Source: Macrostomum lignano
Lineage: Eukaryota
Direction: 5' to 3'
NCBI GenBank assembly: GCA_002269645.1
Contig: NIVC01002205.1
Span: 62,001 to 126,000, forward strand
Length of the DNA: 64,000 bases
Positions 22,864 through 35,311 of this stretch are shown piece by piece. The first letter of the stretch is position 1. The number at the start of each line of letters is the position of its first letter. The notes below the pieces were generated by a model that saw nothing but the letters and a program-made list of their open reading frames with translations, did no database searches and was not told where the DNA came from. The translations under genes and the position numbers were made by a program.

Positions 22864-24110
22864 GATGGGTAGAGGGCAGGCTGAGTGATGGATAGAGGAC
22901 AGGCTGAGTGATGGGTAGAGGGCAGGCTGAGTGATGGGTAGAGGGCATGCTGAGTGATGGGTAGAGGGTAGGCTGAGTGATGGGTAGAAGTCAGGCTGAC
23001 TGATGGATAGAGGGCAGGCTGAGTGATGGATAGAGGGCAGGCTGACTGATGGATAGAGGGCAGGCTGAGTGATGGATAGAGGGCAGGCTGAGTGATGGAT
23101 AGAGGGCAGGCTGAGTGATGGGTAGAGGGCAGGCTGAGTGATGGATAGAGGGCAGGCTGAGTGATGGATAGAGGGCAGGCTGAGTGATGGGTAGAGGGCA
23201 GGCTGAGTGATGGGTAGAGGGCAGGCTGAGTGATGGGTAGAGGGCAGGCTGACTGATGGGTAGAGGGCAGGCTGACTGATGGGTAGAGGGCAGGCTGACT
23301 GATGGGTAGAGGGCAGGCTGAGTGATGGATAGAGGGCAGGCTGAGTGATGGGTAGAGGGCAGGCTGAGTGATGGGTAGAGGGCAGGCTGAGTGATGGGTA
23401 GAGGGCAGGCTGACTGATTGTAGAGGGCAGGCTGACTGATGGGTAGAGGTCAGGCTGACTGATGGGTAGAGGTCAGGCAGACTGATGGGTAGAGGGCAGG
23501 CTGAGGAGGGCAGGCTGACTGATGGGTAGAGGGCAGGCTGAGGAGGGCAGGCTGACTGATGGGTAGAGGGCAGGCTGACTGATGGGTAGAGGGCAGGCTG
23601 AGGAGGGCAGGCTGACTGATGGGTAGAGGGCAGGCTGACTGATGGGTAGAGGGCAGGCTGAGGAGGGCAGGCTGACTGATGGGTAGAGGGCAGGCTGAGT
23701 GATGGGTAGAGGGCAGGCTGACTGATTGTAGAGGGCAGGCTGACTGATGGGTAGAGGTCAGGCTGACTGATGGGTAGAGGTCAGGCAGACTGATGGGTAG
23801 AGGGCAGGCTGAGGAGGGCAGGCTGACTGATGGGTAGAGGGCAGGCTGAGGAGGGCAGGCTGACTGATGGGTAGAGGGCAGGCTGACTGATGGGTAGAGG
23901 GCAGGCTGAGGAGGGCAGGCTGACTGATGGGTAGAGGGCAGGCTGAGGAGGGCAGGCTGACTGATGGGTAGAGGGCAGGCTGACTGATGGGTAGAGGGCA
24001 GGCTGAGGAGGGCAGGCTGACTGATGGGTAGAGGGCAGGCTGACTGATGGGTAGAGGGCAGGCTGAGGAGGGCAGGCTGACTGATGGGTAGAGGGCAGGC
24101 TGAGTGATGG
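22864..24110. repeat. 23-bp G-rich minisatellite, right block, with 14-bp truncated variant units distally
   Basis: Read directly; GAGGAGGGCAGGCT variants appear from about 23500. Confidence 0.95.
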
Positions 24111-24803
24111 AATGATTGACCGAGAGCAGTATGATATTGGCTAGAGGCCTAAATAGTTGGTTACTAGAGAATGAAAATGCATGAGGCACATGTTTTTGCA
24201 GGCTACTAACGAGAAAAGTGAGCAGTGACTAGAACAAATTTTGCAGGTCGGCCTCCAGCAAATTGCTCTCACCTGACAGCAGGCAGCAGATGAAGCACAG
24301 AAGGTGCATGGCCCGGCTCAACTTAAAGGTGTTGGACGCCACCATGAGGATCTCCATGAACAGGCTGAAGCCAAGCATGGCTACCCCAATTATAGCGAAG
24401 GCCTTGATTGTGTTGGCCCATGCTGAAATTGAGCATACACAGGCTATGGAGAATTTGTCTCTCATAACTACGATACGAGTATCACAAACACCTAAGCAAA
24501 CTACTATTTACTATTCGTTTTCAAGACCCTCCTCCATTCTTAAAAACAAGAAATACATGGCATAGTCCTGTCAAATCCAATACTCCTAATGAGTACTCCT
24601 GATGACTCCTAATGACAGTATAGGAGTGACATGTGGCAGTCACTCTGTGCCTAAGATGACAGTGACAGTGGCAGTGCCCTAAGACAGTTTTTTAAACATA
24701 AATTTTCTATTCAATCAGCTGCTAGGCTAGCAAAGGGCCGAGAAACTGTATAAATTGTGTCAGGGCCTCCTAAGAGCCCAAACTCACCCTCATTGGGGGG
24801 GCA

Positions 24804-27777
24804 CACGCCTATGCAGAAGCTGAAAAATGGGGAAAGAAAATTCCCCAAGAAACCAATGCCTCTCCCAGCCCCAAGGACCCATGCAGATTCCAAAAACAGT
24901 GTCAGACAAATCTAATCGCCTTGTCCAAAAATAATAGAATGGAAAATTGAAATTATGTGTTCTCAGCTGCATGTTCAGTATTAGATTCGTCAGTTGCGCC
25001 ATTGCAAGTACTGAAAACAATTGCGTAACAAGAGCAGGCATCAATTGCAAAGTTTAGAGCATAAATTTAAGGGCGTTATATAATGCTGTACATTATTAGA
25101 TAGAAATTTTGGCAGACAACTCAAATGTACATATTTATTGAGATCTATTGTGATTAAGGGATTGAGAAACAATGAACAGACTATGTACATTCATAAAGTA
25201 GAACATGCCTCTTATCACAAGTTTGCTAACACGCAGACTTCCTTTGAAAATAAAGTTGCAGTCAATTGAAACAATTACCCTCAGTACTCAAATCAGTTCT
25301 CTGGCCTCGCGATGCCAAACTTTCGACGCACACATGAAGAGAATCGTATCTGGTGCTGCATCCTCTGCTTCCGCAAAGCCGATCGCGTTATTTCAGCTGC
25401 TCAGGCAGAACTCATCGAGCAATTTATCCTGTCAGAATTCTGTCATGCCTACATCCGTAATACTCTGCCAGGAGGCATGTGCAGCTGCTGCATCAAGAAA
25501 TTGCAGTCACAGACGTCACCTGTACCGCAAGAACTGCCTGCTCGACTGCCATACCTTCAAATTGTTGCAGATTTGGAGGTTTTGCCACAACTCACACGTG
25601 AGCATCCGCACTGCTCCTGCTGTATCTGCCAGGTAGTTTCCAGCCCATCAAACAAGCGGGTGGCGGTCTGGCACCCATACATGTCTGACAGCAGCCGGGC
25701 CAACCATAAATTGCCCCAAGGACGACCTGCAGAAACAACTCGAAGCCAGGACAGAGACTCGGAGAAGCGCTGCACTAGGTGCCACTCACTTGTGGGCAAA
25801 GGCCTAAGGCACGAGTGCAGCGTCTCCAGCAAGTTGCAGTACCTGCGCACGCTCAGCCCTACATCAAAAGAGCACATCGCTCATGACGTGATGCGTGAAA
25901 AGCTAAGAGCAGCAGCAGCATCAGGACATGGATCAACGGCTTCTATTTCCAGCGCCACCGGTGGCCCACCAATGCAGCTGAGGCATGCAAGTGATTCAAA
26001 TGAGCAGAGAGCGCTGAGGACCGAGACACTAGTAACGTTAAAGACATCTCTCAATCTGAGTGACCGGCAGACAAACATGGCAGCCACAATTATCAGGCAG
26101 GCGGAGGGCAGTCGTAAGGCCGTGCAACCCGGACTGCGGGCAGCTCTGGCAGCCGCAGGCAGCATCGCGGAGAGTTTTTTTGAGATGCGGCAGCTCAAAT
26201 TCACTCAAAAGTCCTCAGGTGGCAGCTTTACTGATACCACAAGATGTTCCGTCATATGCCCCGATCTGCAGGGACTGCTGAGCTTCATTTGCTCAAAGCG
26301 AGGATTTAGTGAGTTCGATGTGAGATTGAAGCTGGGGATGGACGGAGGTGGTGGCTCGCTAAAAATCTGCCTTAGTGTCGCCCCAGTACTGCCTACCGAA
26401 CCACAGGCAGAGTCCACACCTAAGAAGCTGAGCAGGGAGTCGCGAATAAGCAACTTTGGCGTAAAAAAAACTGTTTATCATCGCGATTGCTGAGGATGTC
26501 CAGGAGAACTATGCAAATGTGCGAGCACTTCTAGATGAGCTAGACTTGACATCGATTAAGTTCACAGTCGCTTGCGACTTCAAGCTAGCCAACATCCTGT
26601 GTGGCCTTCAAAGTCATGCCGCAGCTCATCCTTGTCTCTACTGTGAGGGGCAGGCGCCGTGGCAAGTTGCCGGTTCCATAAGAACCCTTGGATCCATTCG
26701 TCGGATGGCCACGGCATTCGAGGCTGCTGGTAGCTAGCTGCCAGCGACTGGCAAGAAACTACGCAAGCTGTGTCAGACAGCCTCTTCTCCCTGGGGCTGA
26801 TTCTACGCCAATGCTGGACCTCGTGCCACCACCAGAGCTGCACATCATGCTTGGTGTGACCAACAAACTGCTCGATCAGCTGAACTCAGCTTGAGGCGAC
26901 GACAAGGCATACAAGTGGGCGCATTCAGCTGGAATCTGTCGCGAGCAGTACCACGGCGGGTGTCTGGAAGGCCCTGCGTGTGTCAGATTGCTGCTTAAAG
27001 CTCAAGAGCTCAAGAGCAACCTGCCATCAAGGCTCCAGGGCTATGCGTCTGCTCTCATGGCATTCGATGCTGTTCGCCAAGCATGCTTTGGGCAACAGCT
27101 GATGAGCGACTTTTGCCAGAAGATTGCCCAGCTGGAATCCTGCTGCGCTGAACTGAAGCTGGTGCCGACACCTAAGATGCACGCCCTTTTCCACCATGTT
27201 CCGGAGTTCTGCGAGCGATTCAACTCAGGCCTTGGGACCTTCAGTGAGCAGGCAGTCGAGTCTGCACACAGCGACTTTCGTTCGACGTGGCAGCGGTTTT
27301 GCAGGCCTCTGGGGCATTTGCAGTATGCAGAATGCCTGCTGCGCGCAGTTGTTAGCTACAATTCCAGCCATATTTGATGTCAAGCATTTTCATGCCTGCC
27401 AAGATTTCTAGGATTTAGCTTGTGTACTTAATATCCATGCGCACTTTATTCCATACGGACATTAGCAATAATAAGTGCATGGTTCTCATTTTATAATATT
27501 AATACTAATACATCTGCACGTTCCTTTAATGATTAAAAATATTATTAAAACTACGAACTTATATTAACATTAATATTATCGATGGGTTTCGCCTTAAATA
27601 TCTATCATCTTACATGTAATTTGCATATAATATAAAAATTCATATTACCATTTTTGACAAGGCGATTAGATTTGTCTGACACTGTTTTTGAAATCTGCAT
27701 AGGTCCTTGGGGCTGGGAAAAGCATTAGTTTCTTAGGGAATTTTCTTTCCCCATTTTTCAGCTTCTGCATAGGCGTG
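24804..27777 (+). mobile_element. Complete Chapaev (CMC superfamily) DNA transposon
   Basis: About 125-bp TIRs beginning CACGCCTATGCAGAAGCTGAAAAATGGGG, CAC...GTG termini, 4-bp TSD GGCA at 24800-24803 and 27778-27781. Confidence 0.9.
25312..27377 (+). pseudogene. Chapaev transposase with three lesions
   Basis: Chapa domain H-x7-C-x2-C...P-x3-C-x2-C-x3-L...C-x-C-x2-C, then MDGGGG, CDFKLANILCGLQSH, PPPELH, TPKMH and SEQAVES. Lesions: +1 A in the A8 run at 26463-26470, TAGC duplication at 26731-26738, in-frame TGA at 26892-26894. Confidence 0.85.
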
Positions 27778-30162
27778 GGCAGGTCAAAGAGCCCACCAGA
27801 CTTCCAGGCCCGGGTCGCACAGGAAGCGATGGAGCAGGCGATGCCGAAGCACAGCGTTATTATGGTGATCTGGTGAAAAGTTATCCTGGGAGCCGCCATG
27901 TCAGTCACAGATCCGAGTCTGACTTTTTTCTGCAAAGGGAAATTAACTTTTGGTCTAAATTATTAGATAAAGTTTAAGTTAAGTGCCGCGGTGTCAGTGC
28001 AAGCACACGGGCAGTAAAAATGCATCAAGTACAATGCGAATGCAGGAGAGGCCCACTCGGCTCCATGCGTACATTGTAGACAAGACAAGTTTGCAGTTCA
28101 GGTTGTAAATTTTTAAGCCGGGTGGCCCTACGGCCTACTGAAACACCTTATATATCTAACTACAAAAATTAAAACTGTCTGTGTCTGTGTGTCTTTCATG
28201 ATAGGGAGAAGTTCTATAAATGTTTATGTCTAACGTAGAGTACAATTTCGCTTATTTACACACTCGATCTGATCTGCGCATGGTAAAAAATTATCATGCG
28301 AGTATTAGCAATCGATTTTTATCACCCAAATTAGGTTCATTAATAATTTTTTTTCTTTTTATACGAGCTATAGGTTTTCTTTCATGCGTCTATAAATAGG
28401 CCGACTCAAACTACCGCCCGTGTTCCGACGACGAAAGATTGCTCAAATCAATTTAAAATGGGTCTGAACCAACTGTACGTTAAATATGAACCGGCCCTTA
28501 CAAGCAATTCGCTGTCACTGAGAATGGGAACCGAGTTTTGAAAACTTCTTGTTTGATTGGTCACAATTTATTTTAATTCGAATCTCTGCAATTAGATTTT
28601 TACTGAAGACAGATACGAGCGTATTGATTAAGTTAAGAAGGCTTTTAAAATGAGTTCAAAACGAATACCTAGGATAAATACCCCAGTAAATTCGATAGAC
28701 ATCTAAAAGATACATAGCAGCACAACTAAATAAATTTAGAAAAATGATCTCACAGTAATTGCTTGGTGGAATTCTGTCGCAGACTGAAGCACCTCTCTGA
28801 CTGAGGTTCCAAGGCTTTTCCACCGCTAGGCGCTATTGGGCAGGCCGATTGGGAAGCGCGGCCGATTATTCATATAGCATAGGAGTTGCACTGAGGCAAG
28901 GGGAGAAATTCTGCTTTGGGGTTGCAGTCTTCCCTGCTCCCTCTTCCCTGCTTCCCATGGCTTGCCAAGTTCAACGGGTGAGACAGCCAACAGTGAGTGG
29001 GCAGAGATAGAGAGCGCATATTTAACTGTACGCGAATAATGTACACTCTGTCTATCCCAGACCCAAGTGCTTTTTCTTTCCCGGCCGTCAAACCTGAATC
29101 CTGGAGAGACACGTTAATTCCATTTATACACTCACAATTCTTATTGCCGGGTTAAGCTGTCCAGCAAGAATCCAAAACACACAAAGCAAATAGTTGTACT
29201 GTTTGCAAAAAAAAGATTTGCCAAGGACTACTTAAACTAAACTAGTCCCTGAGAGGGGCTTTATCTACGAGCTATACAATAAGACCATTCAGCATCGATG
29301 TCTAGACTCTAGACAAAGCATGCTGGCTGGAAGTCAGCGGGTCCGCCTAAAATTTAGACAGACAAAGAAAATTAGAAATAGGAAGTACATTTTTTAAAGC
29401 TGAAGCGCAGAAGCTTTTAGCTTGGACCCTGGAAGGGAAAAAATCCGGTTTTTGTCTGCTACGCTGAGCAGATTGGCGTTTCTGGTCGAATTTAGTCCAG
29501 ATTTAAGCGGCATGGTAGAAAAGTGGAGCAAAATCTGTTTACTTTTCTGTCCTACCTTTGCATGTATCTGTCCCTCATAAACTTAGTATGCTCGTACATA
29601 CAAAGATAAACTCGTTGCCCACTTACGACTACGAAGGCGGTGCGATTAAATCTATAGGCCTTGTGAAAGTTTGGTCTTTTGAAGTTCAAACGTGAGATTT
29701 AAATGTTATGAAAGTTAGGTCTTGTGAAGTCTGAACCGCTTCATGGCGTTCTTGCACCCTGAAAAGGTGACCAGGTGGGAGGAGGCCGGGCTTGCGAAAC
29801 TGCATGAGTGAAAGCGGACGCCATGCGCAGGTCTAGCCGATCGAGCAGGTCCTCCAGCGCGTCCGTGTTGGTGTTCTCGCGTCCGATGGCAAAGAGCGAG
29901 GGCTCAGACCTCCCGGGACTGCGTTTAGGTCTCTACTAGCAATCTAGTGTCCCCCTTCGGGGCGCGCAATAAGCAAGGAGCAAAAATTATTGATGCAAAT
30001 CCATTATAAAGTACATTTTCTTAAGAACCGCCCAAGCATACGCCCAAATACAACAGCAAGCACCCCAAGCTTCCCCTAGATGGCACAATCCAAGATGGCA
30101 AGTACCCCCCTTCCCCAGAGTGAGCCTCTTGCCTCCCCGATATCAAGCATCTCCCGATCATC

Positions 30163-30375
30163 TAGTGCAATAATATTGTCTCATCAAGTGCAATAATATT
30201 GTCTCATCAAGTGCAATAATCTTTTACTCATCCAGTGAAATAAACCATTACACATCAAGTGCAGTAATCCTTGGCTTATCAAGTGCAGTAATCCTTAGCT
30301 TATCAATTGCAATAATACTTCGCTTATCGTGTGCAGTAATTCTTGGCTTATCAAGTGCAGTACCTTTGCTTATCG
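30163..30375. repeat. Degenerate about 23-bp tandem repeat (TCAAGTGCARTAAT core), about 9 copies
   Basis: Read directly. Confidence 0.8.
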
Positions 30376-31607
30376 AATTTCTGAGTACGCACAGAAAAGC
30401 CGGATGCAGCGAGCATTCAGACGCACCCGCAACAGGCGCGGGGACAGTGACACGCAGTGCATGCTCTGCCGAAATCGCGGTCCGATTAGTACGCCGCGAC
30501 GCCGCTGCGACCGCGGTCGTCTGCCGATGGGCACAGAAGGCTCTCCTGCATCCGGCTCTAAGTCCTCAGAATGAAGAGCTGGGTTTGCCTGCTACGATAG
30601 AGACATGAAGTGCTAATAAATCCAACTGTAGGTTGTGGGTCAGCTGGGCTAGAGTAGTGCAACAGCAGGGGCTTCAGTATCCGGCAGTTCGGAGTGCCAC
30701 TTGGTACAGCTGGAGCCCCCCCCCCCCGGCGCCACCCGGCGAATCCAAGGTTTGGGGCAGCAAAGACTGGAACCAACTGACGTCTCGCTGCGCCACGGAG
30801 TCGCCCTTTCCGGTTGAGCTCGCGCCTTCATTCAGTGCGGCGCTGTGCGTTGCTCTTCCCTTTGCGTGTCCCTGTTGTTGTGCTTGTTGATCTTGGCTGC
30901 CTCAGCCGAGGCGCGCGCGTCCGAGCCAACTAAGGTCATCCAAGAACTGGTGGTCCGACCGCGATACCAGGATCTAGGTGCACTATTCGCATATATGTGC
31001 AAATAGAATGGTTCTGCAAATATAATATAAAAGGATGGTCCGGAGTCAATGAGTTAACCTGCAACCCCACCAGCCGAGACAGGAAGACAAAGGCGGCGGG
31101 TTGGCAGCCAGAACAAAGCAGCGACGAGGAGAGGAAGGCAACTCCAACGTCGAAAGAAGAAAAAGAGGGGGAAGGAGTAGAACCAAAAGTTAGTCAATGA
31201 AAGCAGCAATCCGCTGGCCGATGGATGGGAAGTTGGAGCGTTTCAGAAGGAATACTAGCAGCTGGCGCTCCTTGAAATGGATGGTCTTGAACTTGCTGAT
31301 GGTCAGGCGAAGGCCTCCGGGGCAGGTAGACAGATCACCATGCTCAAAGCGGAACCAACGGTAGATAAAAGCAGCACGCCCAGACGAAGGACGCCTCACC
31401 AGGCGACCAACAGCGCAGCCTTGAAAGCCAAAAAAGGCTGCTGCAGAGCAGGCGAAGATGATGCGGCTGTAGCGGCTCTGCCCTGCGTGGCTGCCTGCTC
31501 AGAAAACGCCGGGCTCCGCGGCAGAAGAGAGCCAGTCGGGCTTGGTGGGGTTTGGTGTTGCCGCGAAGGCACTGTGGCTTGCACACGTTTGAGTAGGTAG
31601 GAGGAAT

Positions 31608-31840
31608 GAAATATCATAACTCCGAAAGTGTTAGCAACGCCCATCTTAAAACTGAAATATCATAACTCCGAAAACCAAAATAGTGTTGGACATTGCTTTC
31701 GGAGTTATGATATTTCGGGCTTGTGATTCTTCGGGTTTATGACTTGCGTTGCTAGCAATTTCGGAGTTATGATATTTCGGGTTTATGATATTTCGGGTTT
31801 ATGATGGAGTTGTGATTTTTCGGGTTTGTGATGCCCCCCC
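31608..31840. mobile_element. MITE-like remnant with inverted subterminal repeats GAAATATCATAACTCCGAAA / TTTCGGAGTTATGATATTTC
   Basis: Two forward and at least two reverse copies of the 20-mer; no clean TIR or TSD found. Confidence 0.45.
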
Positions 31841-32569
31841 TCCACCTGCTCACTATCCAGGGTCACAGATGGCGGGCATAAAATTTCTGGGTGCTGGGTA
31901 CAAGGTACAAGCAAGGATTTCCCTATAACTAGACTTTTCTATAACTATAACTAGGTTCTAGTTATAGAGAAATCCTTGGTACAAGCGACAGGCGGCACGG
32001 CGGAGCGGGTGGGGATGCAGGCCTGTGAAAGGTTGATGCGGGAAGCGGTAGAAATGTTGTGCGAGACCAAGGAAATCTAGATCTAGCAGCTGGAATACCA
32101 ACTCTTGAGTGGAGGCGCTCGGACCCGGACAGTAGTAGGCTGGCGCGATGATAAAGAAAAATGGGAGTCCGCGTGGGGACCGGGGGCAGGCACAGACCAA
32201 TAACAGACAACAGACCAGGCCTGCTAGTGCTTGTTCCCGCTAGCGGCTAGACTGAAGGGTATGAGCGAGCAAGTTAAGAAAATGGGGAAGAGAGGAGAGA
32301 GAATATGGGGCATTTAAAAAATTGTACATTTTTGATACTAAAAACATACGGGTACAAATGTACGTTGAATTCCAGTTAGTCATCGTAACTGCAGAGTCTA
32401 AGGGGTCTTTGTGCACACAAAGGACAGAGCTGAGGCAGTGAGGCACATGCTTTCATGATTTCAAGTTCCCTGCTTTTTCTTAGCTCTTAGTCTTTACTCT
32501 TACTAAGATAAAATACTTTTTCGAATGCCATACGGACACAACTGCCGGGCCATGTCAGATTTAGCCGAC

Positions 32570-33400
32570 TATTTAAATATCTTCTCGACTGCTGCGACTG
32601 CAGCGATGTCCAGTTACGAAAATTCCAATCAGACAGCATCGAAGGCGCGCTTCATCTGGATTCGGCAGCTCAGTTGCAGCAGCTATCCTTTATCTCTATG
32701 CGCCATGCCAGCTATCTGAGAGCGACAGGAAAATCAGAGCTGTTTCTCTGTTGAAGTATTCCAGTATTGCTGTCACCGACATCGAAGTGGTGCTGCAGAA
32801 TAAGAATATAGTTCGATGAAGAGGACCTGCGGCAACTGGCAGATCAAATTCACGGCGAGATGGTATTCGATTGCTTTCCGGACAAGTCACCTGGCCATCG
32901 TCTATTGCATCAGCTGCTTCTGCCCCCGTTCATTACTCCGGACAAAGAATAAGTGCGAGTTCTGTAAGAAATCCCTGTCTGCGACACTCCCGTTGCAGTC
33001 TTTCAGCAGGAGTTCTTTCTGAATGTTCAAAAGACATTCAGCAGGCGAAGGCCGCATTCGACTTCCTGGCTGCTATTGATGAGGACTTTCCTAGGCGCAA
33101 GAGCACATTTTTCAACTGCGTGTCTTGCTGGCTAGTTTTTTCGGAACTCTAAATCTAAAAGCACAGCGAGTCTGAAGGACAATTTCTTCTCGGCAACAAT
33201 TAACCAATGCGAGTTATTCTATCTTATGATCGACCTAGCGCATGAAGACAAGCCTGAAATTGCTTTCTACAGAAACACTGCACGAATGGGCTCGACATAG
33301 TGCAAGAAATCGTAAGGCGTGCTTCTGTGCTTTGCTTGAACTGCATGGCGAAGATGCTGGTGCGGGAGGTCACTGAGAAGGACTGAAGGAGTCGGCATCA
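32570..33400 (+). pseudogene. Degenerate P-element/THAP9-like transposase C-terminal relic
   Basis: Frameshifted motifs FQSDSIEGR.IWIRQLS (QD..E..FG..RQ.G-like) and YCIS.F..RSLL...KCEFCKKSL (Y.AGY......C..C-like). Confidence 0.5.
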
Positions 33401-35311
33401 TCTGTGTAACGAAACATCAAGAAGCTGACCGCGGCTTTAGTGCAAGTAGCGCCGAGAAGCTCTGCCCCAATGACATGAATTTCTGCATATCTGCTATTCA
33501 GATCGAACTGCACTTCGAACTGTTATGTGAATACAGCTACCGTTTCTAATTTTTTTCAAACGTTGCTTTATTTAACTGCTGTGTTTTAGGATTGATTTGG
33601 TTAAGTTGGAGACGCCTGAGTCTCACTCAATATACGACGTACGAGCGTAATTAGCAAGGCATGAACGATGTACATTGCTTAATAGCTGGCTAAAATTGAG
33701 AATCAAAATGTCAAAAGTCAATCAAGATGTCATAGACTGAACACTGATTGTGTGATCAATTAGACGTCAGAGTCAGAGCAAAACTAAACTATGCAAAGCT
33801 ATCAGTCATGTGAATGAAATCACGTTGCACTGTCACAACAATAACTTGTTAAATATTGCTTGAAGTCAGTAATTATTTCCGTATTGTACTGTTAAAATTC
33901 ACATTTTTTATTCTGAATGATGTCGAATTACGAGCTATCTCGTAGTTTAGGTATGCAGATTTATCCATCCTCTTTTTTATTGGCGAAATCGTAATGCCAT
34001 TGCCTCAATGATACACTTTGAATGCAATAATATGAATCTGTCTGCTTTTATTTTCTATTAAATACAAAAAAACAATATTTGTTTCGTTTCCATACTTGAA
34101 AATTCGATTTTGGTTTTTAGCGTGCATCTTAGTCAAAGATTTGTTCGAATGCAAAAGCATATGTGGCTATGTGGGGTTTTCCCCAGTCAGCCTACTAGCG
34201 TCCGGCGGGGCCAATAAGAGTTGGGACTCCAGGTTCTAGTTCTAGATCTCTATGGCGAGACAAACTCAGTAGCGCAGACACAGAGCTCTGGGGAGATCCT
34301 GGTGAGTGGAGATGGAGAAGATCTTTTTTGATTAGTTCGGAGTAAACACCTGGATTTTTACAATACTTTCGTTGCCCTCCCGTTGAGTTTGAGTGTCGAA
34401 TTTTTTCACTATTATTTGTCACTACAAAAGGGTTCAAATTGAGGGTAAAAATTGTAGCAAAGTAATTAAATCGTGAAGGAATGCATCGGAAGTCAACTGG
34501 TTAAACCATTAGATGGTGTTCAGCCTACTACTGAAGTATTTTTTTTACTTCTAGCACGCTCGAAAGCTGTCACACTACGAGCGTAATACTTGTACAATAA
34601 ATATTACGAGCTAGATTCCTTTTGTGCCCCAGTTTACCGGTAGGTACCCTCTAGTTACTTTATAGCCGAAATAATCCGAATAAAATTGCATCGAGCTTCG
34701 TGATTCGTTGGTTCGAATAAGCGTACAGTTAAAAGCGATGGATTGAATAGTTTCTACCCAGCCTGCCTTCATTCTCTTGCAGTCTTAACTGACCCAAATT
34801 CTGAACATCAGAGGCTGCAGCTCGCAGACTCGCAGTAGTTTCTGTTGCAACCGTGTTTGAGTGGGGCATAGGGTGGTCTGGGTAGAGAGAAAAAGGAAAG
34901 GCAGTCGAGGCAAAACGAACGCACTCTCATGGCTAGGCTGAAAAACGTTTCAGAGCTTGTCAGGCATGCAGTGGCTTTACGTGGACAGTGTCTGATAGCA
35001 TGTACATTCGTGGGCTTCGAAATGGGGTGGGGCTGGGGGTCGAAGTGAATCTCCGCTGCTTCGGTCTTCACCCTCATACCCCTTCACTCGCCGAGAGGCG
35101 TCAGGGTTGTACGTTGTACTGCCAATGACTGTCTGCCCCACACATCTCTTCCGCCGGCCCTCTTTTTAGTGCGCTCTGTGCGAAAGCATAAGAGGGGTGC
35201 TGAGGCACAGTACAGGGAAAGGCTACACAAAAGCGCTAAGCGAAGTTCCAGTAAGCCCAAAAAGCTGCATTAGATCCGTCCATAGCCATAGTTGGGCGCA
35301 GAAGTCAAAGA

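Larger units (their letters stand above)
21706..27899 (-). pseudogene. Claudin/PMP22/EMP-like 4-TM gene (about 140 aa) interrupted in exon 1 by a Chapaev transposon
   Basis: Exon 1a 27899-27778 (MAAPRITF...AWKSGGLFDL), exon 1b 24799-24788 ending at G|GTGAGT, exon 2 24422-24273 (AWANTIKAFAIIG...CCLLS), exon 3 21845-21706 (...YGGYSVWLL...QWRCT*). Both introns are phase 1 and compatible. The reconstructed empty site has one extra C in a homopolymer. Confidence 0.75.

Noticed and set aside
21876-24189. Pro/Ser-rich minus-strand ORFs
   Set aside because: They are translations of the 23-bp satellite.
28780-29110. Faint RT-like PQS.ISPL...LLCYMNN segment
   Set aside because: Too degenerate to support a call.
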